Assembly (NCBI GenBank): GCA_963762145.1
Contig: CAVXJS010000014.1
Location: forward strand, 96,001-160,000
DNA from: an uncultured Candidatus Rokubacteria bacterium
GTDB lineage: Bacteria; Methylomirabilota; Methylomirabilia; Rokubacteriales; CSP1-6
DNA: 64,000 bases
Direction: 5' to 3'
Position 1 is the first letter of the stretch. Each line of letters opens with the position of its first letter. Below the pieces are notes generated by a model. The model saw only the letters and a program-made list of their open reading frames with translations. It was not told the origin of the DNA and ran no database searches. The translations under genes were made by a program, and so were the position numbers. Positions 57,064 through 64,000 of this stretch are shown one piece after another.

Positions 57064-58113
57064 ATGGGGATGATGAAGCGTCGAATGCGTGGATCGAGCC
57101 TCCTGGTGAGCGCCGCCGCGCTGTGCCTCGCCGCGTGCGCCACCGCGAGCGCGCCCCCGACGTCCGGGCCGGCGCCCGCCGCCGCGCCCGGCGCGCCGCC
57201 GCCCCGTCCCGCCGCGTACCAGTCGGAGGACTTCATCGTCACCTTCGCCCAGGCCGGCGATACGCCGGCGACGCTGGCCGAGCGCTACCTGGGCGGGGCT
57301 GACAAGAGCTGGATGATCGAGGACTACACGGGGCTCCGCGCCTTCGCGCCCGGCCAGGAGGTCGTGATCCCACGCCGGCCGTGGAACCCGTCCGGGGTGA
57401 CGCCCGTCGGCTACCAGATCGTGCCGATCCTGACCTATCACAACCTGGGCGAGCAGGCGAAGGGCCGGCTCGTGCTGGCCGTCGCGAGCTTCCGCGAGCA
57501 GATGCGGTATCTGAAGACCAACGGCTACCGCGTGGTGAGCCTCGCCGACTTCATCGAGTTCACCCGTCTCAACCGCCAGCTCCCGCAGCGCGCCGTCGTG
57601 CTGACCTTCGACGACGGCTACCATGCGTTCAAAGACCACGCTTATCCGGTCCTCAAGGAGCTGGGCTTCACCGCCACCCTCTTTGTCTATACGGACTGGG
57701 TGGGCGCGGGACGGGCCGCCCTCTCCTGGGCGGAGCTACGCGAGCTGGCCGCCGCGGGCATGGATGTCCAGGCCCACAGCAAGACGCACGCGGACCTGCG
57801 CCGCGCCCAGGGCGAGACGGAAGCTCAGTACGCGCGGCGGATGCAGGCGGAGCTCGAGCAGCCGCAGGAGCTCTTCAATCGCAACCTCGGCCGCCGGAGC
57901 CAGATCCTGGCCTATCCGTACGGGCGCTGGGAAGAGGGCCTCCTGCCCAAGGTGAAGGAGTACGGCTACATCGCGGCCTTCTCGGTGCGCCGCCAGGGCA
58001 ATGCCTCCTTCGTGCGGCCGCTCGCCGGCCACCGGAGCCAGATCTACTCCGAGATGACACTGGACGACTTCGTCAAGAACCTGAACGTCTTCCAGGAGGA
58101 GAACCTCCGGTGA
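57064..58113 (+). CDS. Lipoprotein: LysM-like domain plus polysaccharide deacetylase
   Basis: LAAC lipobox, GDTPATLAERYLG, PILTYH, LTFDDG, HSKTH, AYPYG. Confidence 0.9.
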   Translation: MGMMKRRMRGSSLLVSAAALCLAACATASAPPTSGPAPAAAPGAPPPRPAAYQSEDFIVTFAQAGDTPATLAERYLGGADKSWMIEDYTGLRAFAPGQEVVIPRRPWNPSGVTPVGYQIVPILTYHNLGEQAKGRLVLAVASFREQMRYLKTNGYRVVSLADFIEFTRLNRQLPQRAVVLTFDDGYHAFKDHAYPVLKELGFTATLFVYTDWVGAGRAALSWAELRELAAAGMDVQAHSKTHADLRRAQGETEAQYARRMQAELEQPQELFNRNLGRRSQILAYPYGRWEEGLLPKVKEYGYIAAFSVRRQGNASFVRPLAGHRSQIYSEMTLDDFVKNLNVFQEENLR

Positions 58114-59282
58114 TCGCGGCGCGGCGCTGGCTCACCGCGGCGGCGCTCGGCCTGACGCTCGGAGGCTGCGCGTCGGTAGCCTCCACCCCGCCGAGCGAGC
58201 CCGGCGCGGCGGCCTCGTCGGTCGCGCGGGACCCCCTCGCGGTGCGGCACCGGGAGCAGGCGGAGGCCCTCGAGCGTGACGGTCAGCTCCGGCGCGCGGC
58301 CGAGGAGCTGAAGATCGCGCTCGCGATCGCGCCCGCCGACGCGCGGACCCGCGAGTCCTTGCGGGCCCTGCAGGCGCGCATCGACCAGACGGTGGCCGAG
58401 CGGCTGGACGAGGGGCGCAAGGCGCTCGCCCGCGGCGTCCACCTGGAGGCCCGCCGCAAGTTCCTGGCCGCGCTCGCGGTCGACCCATCCAACCGTGCCG
58501 CCTTCGAGGCGCTCCAGAGCGATACGCGCGAGGTGGAGTTCATCACCCACAACGTCCGGGCGGGGGACACGCTGACCGCGCTGGCCCAGCGCTACTACGG
58601 CGACCGCTCGCGAGGCGAGGTGATCTGGGAGACCAACCAGCTCCCGCCCAATCCGCGCCTGGCTCCGGGCACCACGCTCAAGATTCCCGAGATCCCGGGC
58701 GTGCCATTCGTGCACCCCGAGGCGCGGCGGCCCGCGCCCGTGGTGGCGGCCATTCCCACGCCGGACGTGCCGCGTCCGGGCCCGACTCCGGGCCCCGTCG
58801 CGCCGGCCGCGCCCCCGACCAAGGAAGAGTTCACGCCCGAGGTCAATCCGTTGCTGGCCGCGGCCCGCGAGGCGCTCGAGCGCAGCGACTATCCGGATGC
58901 GATCGCGACGGTGGACAAGTTCCTGTCCGGCAAGCCGGGCGACCGCGAGGGGTTGACGCTCAAGAAGCAGGCGCTCTACGCTCAGGCCAAGAGCCAGATC
59001 GACGCGCGGCAGTATCAGGAATCCATCCAGAGCCTGAACCAGCTCGCGCGCCTGCAGCCCGACTACGAGGACGTGCCCAGCCTGCAGCGCCAGGCGCGCA
59101 CCCGCCTCGTCGAGCAGCACTACACGCAGGGCGTGCGCTTCTATCGCGAAGAGAAGCTCAAGGAAGCCATCGCGGAATGGCGGGTGGTGCTCGAGATGGA
59201 CCCGAGCAACGCCAACGCCCGCCGCAACATCGACCAGGCGGAGAAGCTGCTGCGCGGACTCGAGCAGCGCATGAAAAAGTAG
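58110..59282 (+). CDS. Lipoprotein with TPR repeats and a LysM domain
   Basis: LGGC lipobox, HNVRAGDTLTALAQRYYG, TPR-like AIAEWRVVLEMDPSN. Confidence 0.85.
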   Translation: MIAARRWLTAAALGLTLGGCASVASTPPSEPGAAASSVARDPLAVRHREQAEALERDGQLRRAAEELKIALAIAPADARTRESLRALQARIDQTVAERLDEGRKALARGVHLEARRKFLAALAVDPSNRAAFEALQSDTREVEFITHNVRAGDTLTALAQRYYGDRSRGEVIWETNQLPPNPRLAPGTTLKIPEIPGVPFVHPEARRPAPVVAAIPTPDVPRPGPTPGPVAPAAPPTKEEFTPEVNPLLAAAREALERSDYPDAIATVDKFLSGKPGDREGLTLKKQALYAQAKSQIDARQYQESIQSLNQLARLQPDYEDVPSLQRQARTRLVEQHYTQGVRFYREEKLKEAIAEWRVVLEMDPSNANARRNIDQAEKLLRGLEQRMKK

Positions 59283-59310
59283 TCCAACCGACAATCAGGA
59301 GACCGTCACC

Positions 59311-59904
59311 ATGAATCGACACGTTCGCACCGTCAGCACCCTGTTGCCGATCATCGGGCTCACCTTGCTCCTCGCGGGCTGCCCCAAGCGCCCGGCGATG
59401 ACCGCCGCGACCGCGCCGCCGCCGGTTCCGCCGCCCGCCGCGGCGCCGCCCACGCCGCCCGCGCCGGCCCCCGCGCCCGCGCCGGCTCCGGTGGCTCCGC
59501 CCACCGTGGCCCCGGCTCCGGCTCCCGCTCCCCCGCCGCCGGCGCCGCCGAAGGAGTACCGGCTCAACGCGGCCCTCAAGCAGATCTTCTTCGCCTTCGA
59601 CAAGGCGGAGATCCGGCCCAATGACGCCCAGACCCTTCAGGCCAGCGCGGCCTATCTCAAGGCCAATCCCAACCAGCTCGTGCTGATCGAGGGGCACTGC
59701 GACGAGCGGGGGACCGCCGAGTACAACCTGGCCCTGGGCGAGCGGCGGGCCAAGGCGGCCATGAACTTCCTCGTGTCCAACGGGGTCGAGGCGTCCCGGA
59801 TCACCACGATCTCGTACGGCAAGGAGCGCCCGGGCTGCACCGAGAAGAACGAAGCCTGCTGGTCCAAGAATAGGAATGACACGTTTTTGACCAAGGAAAA
59901 GTAA
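59311..59904 (+). CDS. pal: Peptidoglycan-associated lipoprotein
   Basis: LAGC lipobox, IEGHCDERGT.EYNLALGERRA, SYGKERP. Confidence 0.93.
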   Translation: MNRHVRTVSTLLPIIGLTLLLAGCPKRPAMTAATAPPPVPPPAAAPPTPPAPAPAPAPAPVAPPTVAPAPAPAPPPPAPPKEYRLNAALKQIFFAFDKAEIRPNDAQTLQASAAYLKANPNQLVLIEGHCDERGTAEYNLALGERRAKAAMNFLVSNGVEASRITTISYGKERPGCTEKNEACWSKNRNDTFLTKEK

Positions 59905-59917
59905 TACTTAGGAATTC

Positions 59918-59947
59918 TTGACAAAGCCGATTAACTTTATGTAGTAT
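59918..59947 (+). promoter_or_regulatory. Sigma70 promoter of the sulfite reductase operon
   Basis: TTGACA (59918)-18 nt-TAGTAT (59942) in an AT-rich patch. Confidence 0.7.
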
Positions 59948-59954
59948 CTGCGGC

Positions 59955-60020
59955 ATGCAGAAGGCCGGCGGACGTGCGCATCGCTGTTCCTGTCCGGGTT
60001 GTTGTCCTGGCGCAGCCTAG
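59955..60020 (+). CDS. Putative Cys-rich leader peptide MQKAGGRAHRCSCPGCCPGAA
   Basis: ATG 7 nt after the -10; four TGT codons within seven; followed by a terminator and a sulfur-assimilation operon. Confidence 0.75.
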   Translation: MQKAGGRAHRCSCPGCCPGAA

Positions 60021-60057
60021 GGCCTTCTAGCAGCCGAACGTCGTAGCACCGAGACGC

Positions 60058-60110
60058 AAAGCCGAGTGGGGGCCGTGAAGGAGCGGCCGCCGCTCGGCTT
60101 TCGTGTTTTC
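60058..60110 (+). terminator. Intrinsic terminator/attenuator hairpin in the leader
   Basis: aaagccgagtgg..ggccg / cggcc..ccgctcggcttt, then cgtgttttc. Confidence 0.75.
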
Positions 60111-60123
60111 AGGGGGGACGAGA

Positions 60124-61820
60124 GTGAGCGAGACGGGACACGAGACGAAGGCGCAGCGAGTGGAGCGGCTCAAGCGGGAGATGAACCCGTGGGCGGCGTA
60201 TTCGGAGATCGTCCGCTTCGCGCGGGACGGCTTCGAGGCCATCCCCCCGGAATGGCTCGGCACGTATTTCCGCTGGTGGGGCATCTACACCCAGGGCGAT
60301 GGCGTCGGCGCGGTGGGCGGCAAGGGCGGCGAGGGGAAGGCGGTGCCGTACTTCATGCTGCGTTCCGCATCCCCAACGGGATCCTGTCGGCCGCGCAGCT
60401 CCGCGTGCTCGCGGACCTGACCGAGCGTCACGCGCGGGGCGTGGCGGACCTCACCGTCCGCCAGAACGTGCAGCTCCACTGGGTGCGGGTCGAGGACTTG
60501 CCAGCGATTTTTTCCGCCCTTGGAGACTGCGGGCTCAGCAGCCTCGGCACCTGCGGCGACGTGACGCGCAACATCACCGGGTGCCCCCTGGCCGGTCTCG
60601 ACGCCGACGAGATCGTGGACGCCTCGCCGCTCGTGCACGCGGCGACCGCGATGGTCAACGGCAGCCCGGAGTTCTACAACCTGCCGCGCAAGTACAAGAT
60701 CTCGATCACCGGCTGCCGGTTCTGGTGCAGCTATCCCGAGATCAACGATGTGGGGCTCACCGCGGTCCGCGACAGCTACACCGGCCACGTGGGCTACTCG
60801 CTGCGGGTGGGCGGCGGGCTCTCGACCCAGCCGCACCTCGCCCCCAGCCTCGACGCGTTCGTGCGTCCGGAGCAGGTGCTCGCGGTGGTCAAGGGCGTCT
60901 CCGAGATCTTCCGCGACAGCGACGTGCTCCGCCAGAACCGCGAGAAGGCGCGGCTCAAGTTTCTCTTCCTCGATCACGGCTGGACCCCGGACCGGTTCCT
61001 CCACGCGCTCACCGCGCGGCTCGGCTTTCCCCTCGATCCGGCAATTCCCGAGACGCGGCCCGAGGAGGCCTATCGCGATCACGTGGGCATCCATCCGCAG
61101 AAGCAGGCGGGGCTCGTCTACGCGGGCCTGCCGATCCTGCGGGGCCGGCTCACGTCGGACGAGATGCGGGGCCTGGCCGGGCTCGCGGAGCGCTTCGGCA
61201 CCGGCGAGCTGCGGACCACGACCATGCAGAACGTCATCATCGTCAACGCGCCGCGGGCGCGCGCGGCCGAGCTCGAGCGCGCGATCGACCGCGCCGGCTT
61301 CCGGGTGGACGCCTCGCCCTTCCGGCGCGGCACGGTGGCGTGCACGGGCAGCGAGTTCTGCAAGCTCGCGCTGACCGAGACCAAGGCCTTCGCCCGCTGG
61401 CTCGTGGAGGATCTCGAGGCGCGGCTGCCCGGCTTCGAGGAGCACGTCCGCATCAACGTCACCGGCTGCCCGAACAGCTGCGGCCAGCACTGGATCGCCG
61501 ACATCGGAATCGAGGGCAAGAAGATCAAGATGGACGGGCGTCTGGTGGACGCCTACTACTTCTGCGTGGGCGGCGCGGTCGGCCGGCACCAGGCGGTGGC
61601 CCGCCCGGTCGGCTACCGGGTGCCGGCCCCCGCGGTCCCCGAGGCGGTGGAGCGCCTGTTGCGCGTGTACCTCGCCGAGCGGCACCCGGGGCAGACCTTC
61701 CGCGCGTTCTGCGCCGCGCGCACCGACGACGAGCTGCGGACCTACCTGGCCGGCGCGCCCGTCCCGGCCGCGGCCCGCGACGCCTCGCCCGGCCCCGTGC
61801 CCCATGGACTCGAGGGCTGA
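60124..61820 (+). CDS. Siroheme nitrite/sulfite reductase hemoprotein (probably assimilatory sulfite reductase), frameshift near 60362
   Basis: WWGIYTQ, TVRQNVQ, NLPRKYK, CTGSEFC and GCPNSC [4Fe-4S]/siroheme ligands. Confidence 0.9.
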
Positions 61821-61854
61821 GATCACTCACCCGAACCGACAAAGGAGACCGATC

Positions 61855-62499
61855 ATGACCCTTCGACTGGGCGATACCGCTCCCGATTTCCAGGCCGAGA
61901 CCACCGCCGGCCCCATCGGCTTCCACGACTGGCTCGGCGAGAGCTGGGCGGTCCTCTTCTCGCACCCGCGCGACTTCACGCCGGTGTGCACCACCGAGCT
62001 CGGCTACGTGGCGCGCCTGCGGCCCGAGTTCGAGCGGCGCGGCGTCAAAGCGATCGGACTCTCGATCGATCCGGTGAATTCCCACCAGGCCTGGGTGGCC
62101 GACATCAAGGAGACGCAGGGCTACGCGGTGAACTTCCCGATCGTCGCGGACCCGGATCGGAAGGTGGCCAACCTCTACGGCATGATCCATCCCGCCCACG
62201 ACGAGGTCTACACCGTCCGCACCGTGTTCGTGATCGATCCCAGGAAGAAGATCCGCCTGTTCATCACCTATCCCCAGACTACGGGCCGCAACTTCGACGA
62301 GATCCTGCGCGTGATCGACTCGCTGCAGCTCACCGACGGCCACCGCGTCGCGACCCCGGTGAACTGGAAGCCGGGCGAGGACGTGATCATCGTGCCCGCG
62401 GTCACCGACGAGGAGGCCCGCGCGAAGTTCCCGAGGGGCTGGCGCGCGCTCAAGCCGTACCTGCGACTCACGCCCCAGCCCGAGGCGGCCAGGCGCTGA
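61855..62499 (+). CDS. 1-Cys peroxiredoxin (Prx6 type)
   Basis: FSHPRDFTPVCTTE, GRNFDEILR, ATPVNW. Confidence 0.93.
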   Translation: MTLRLGDTAPDFQAETTAGPIGFHDWLGESWAVLFSHPRDFTPVCTTELGYVARLRPEFERRGVKAIGLSIDPVNSHQAWVADIKETQGYAVNFPIVADPDRKVANLYGMIHPAHDEVYTVRTVFVIDPRKKIRLFITYPQTTGRNFDEILRVIDSLQLTDGHRVATPVNWKPGEDVIIVPAVTDEEARAKFPRGWRALKPYLRLTPQPEAARR

Positions 62500-62500
62500 C

Positions 62501-63130
62501 ATGAGCGCGTACTACCCGGTCTTCCTCGATCTCTCGGGTCGCTCCGTGCTCGTCGTGGGAGGCGGTCCGGTGGCCGAGGGGAAGGTCGAGGGCCTGCTGG
62601 CCGCCGTCGCGCACGTCACGGTGGTGAGCCCCGCCGTGACGGCGCGCCTCGCGGGCTGGGCGTCCGCCGGCTGGATCGAGCACCTCGCGCGCGCGTACCG
62701 GCCGGGAGACCTGGCCGGGCGCGGGCTCGCGCTGGTCGCCACCGACGATCCGGCGGTGACGGGTGCGGTGGCGGCGGAAGGGCGCGAGCGCGGCATCTGG
62801 GTCAACGCGGCCGACGAGCCCGCGCGCTGCGGTTTCATCCTGCCCGCGGTGATCCGGCGGGGCCGGCTGGTGGTCGCGGTCTCCACCGGCGGGGCGAGCC
62901 CGGCGGCGGCGCGGGCGATCCGGGAAGAGCTCGAGGGCTATCTCACCGAGGATCACGCCACGCTGGTCGAGATGGCCGCCGACGCGCGGGAAGATCTGCG
63001 GCGGCGGGCCGTGTCTCCCGGCGCGGTCCGGTGGCGCAGCGCGCTCGACGGCGGCCTGCGCCGGCTGATCGCCGACAAGCGCTATCGTCAGGCGCGCGCC
63101 CGGCTGGCGACGAATCTCGAGTCGGTCTGA
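62501..63130 (+). CDS. Precorrin-2 dehydrogenase/sirohydrochlorin ferrochelatase (CysG N-terminal/SirC-like)
   Basis: YYPVFL, VVGGGPVA, VNAAD, AVSTGGASP. Confidence 0.9.
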   Translation: MSAYYPVFLDLSGRSVLVVGGGPVAEGKVEGLLAAVAHVTVVSPAVTARLAGWASAGWIEHLARAYRPGDLAGRGLALVATDDPAVTGAVAAEGRERGIWVNAADEPARCGFILPAVIRRGRLVVAVSTGGASPAAARAIREELEGYLTEDHATLVEMAADAREDLRRRAVSPGAVRWRSALDGGLRRLIADKRYRQARARLATNLESV

Positions 63131-63140
63131 TGGGCGCCTG

Positions 63141-64000
63141 ATGCGCGAGGGACGTGTCTATCTCGTCGGCGCGGGCCCCGGCGACCCCGGGCTCATGACC
63201 GTGCGCGGGCTCGACGTTCTCCGGGCCGCCGACGTGGTCGTCTACGATCGCCTCGTCAACCCGGTCCTGCTCGATGAGGCGCCGGCCGCCGCGCTCCGCC
63301 TGTTTGCGGGCAAGCGCGCCGGCGGCCACTGTCTCGCCCAGGGCGAGATCAACGCCCGCCTGATCGAGCAGGCGCGCCTCGGGCGCTCGGTCGTCCGGCT
63401 CAAGGGCGGCGATCCCTTCGTGTTCGGCCGGGGCGGCGAGGAAGCCCTGGCCCTGGCGGCGGCGGGCGTCCCGTTCGAGGTGGTGCCCGGGGTGAGCGCG
63501 GCTGTCGCGGTGCCCGCCTACGCGGGCATCCCGGTGACGCATCGGGGGGTCTCCTCGTCGTTCGCGGTCGTGACCGGGCACGAGGATCCGGCCAAGAATC
63601 ACGCCGACGTCGACTGGGGCCGGCTCGCCACCGCGGTGGACACGCTCGTCGTGCTCATGGGCGCTCAGAGCCTGCCGCGCATCGCCGCGGAGCTGGTCGG
63701 CCACGGCCGCCCGCCGGACACGCCGGTGGCGCTGATCCGCTGGGGCACGACCGAGGCGCAGGACGTCAGGGTCAGCACGCTCGGCGCGGTGGTGACCGAC
63801 GTGCGCGCGGCCCGGGTTGCGCCGCCGATGCTGGTGGTCATCGGCGAGGTGGTCCGGTTGCGGGAGCGCCTCGCATGGTTCGAGGCGCACGCACACGATC
63901 TCGAAGCGCTGACGGCGGAGGCCTCTGACCCTTGGCAAAAAGCCATACGAGTCGGGAAGATCCACGCGGCCGCCCTTGGAGCATCCGGGGTCGTCTTCGG
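63141..64000 (+). CDS. cobA: Uroporphyrinogen-III C-methyltransferase (frame open to the window edge)
   Basis: VYLVGAGPGDPGL, RLKGGDPFVFGRGGEE, VVPGVSA, AGIPVTHR. Confidence 0.92.
   Translation, partial: MREGRVYLVGAGPGDPGLMTVRGLDVLRAADVVVYDRLVNPVLLDEAPAAALRLFAGKRAGGHCLAQGEINARLIEQARLGRSVVRLKGGDPFVFGRGGEEALALAAAGVPFEVVPGVSAAVAVPAYAGIPVTHRGVSSSFAVVTGHEDPAKNHADVDWGRLATAVDTLVVLMGAQSLPRIAAELVGHGRPPDTPVALIRWGTTEAQDVRVSTLGAVVTDVRAARVAPPMLVVIGEVVRLRERLAWFEAHAHDLEALTAEASDPWQKAIRVGKIHAAALGASGVVF

Noticed and set aside
59400-59550. Repetitive GC tract in pal (and the Gly-rich tract at 31180-31280)
   Set aside because: Encodes Pro/Ala linker or Gly/Arg tail; protein low complexity, not a DNA repeat array

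Overview
Very GC-rich (roughly 70% by eye), gene-dense bacterial chromosome segment with about 65 CDS and one tRNA-Leu(TAG). The gene content and repeat style suggest Candidatus Rokubacteria/Methylomirabilota, but this is inference only. Housekeeping blocks: ispG, hexokinase-HAD-pgi, tRNA-Leu-tig-clpP-clpX, rsmI, thiD-tatC-DEAD helicase, typA, trxB/Prx, pal. Other blocks: an AAA-ATPase/VWA operon joined to the actinobacterial-type phosphomutase/DUF3090/SCO1664 triad; a Mo/W/Se region (FAD-SelD fusion, three-subunit Mo-hydroxylase, tupAB interleaved with modABC, two ModE-like regulators, moaC); a cyclase/deacetylase/LysM-TPR/Pal cluster; and the start of a sulfite reductase/siroheme operon. Best candidates for undescribed systems: (1) a probably leaderless upstream ORF (uORF) with a signal-like segment and a C-terminal RAPP arrest motif, whose Pro codons pair 12/13 with the Shine-Dalgarno (SD) of a small secreted His-Glu-Cys protein (9370-9954); (2) a 21-aa Cys-rich leader peptide plus terminator upstream of sulfite reductase (59918-60110), which looks like a cysteine-sensing attenuator; (3) a RAYT/Y1 HUH transposase gene bracketed by perfect 29-bp inverted repeats (32646-33677). 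About 11 apparent frameshifts, many in homopolymers, probably reflect long-read consensus errors. All family calls come from motif recognition, not database searches.
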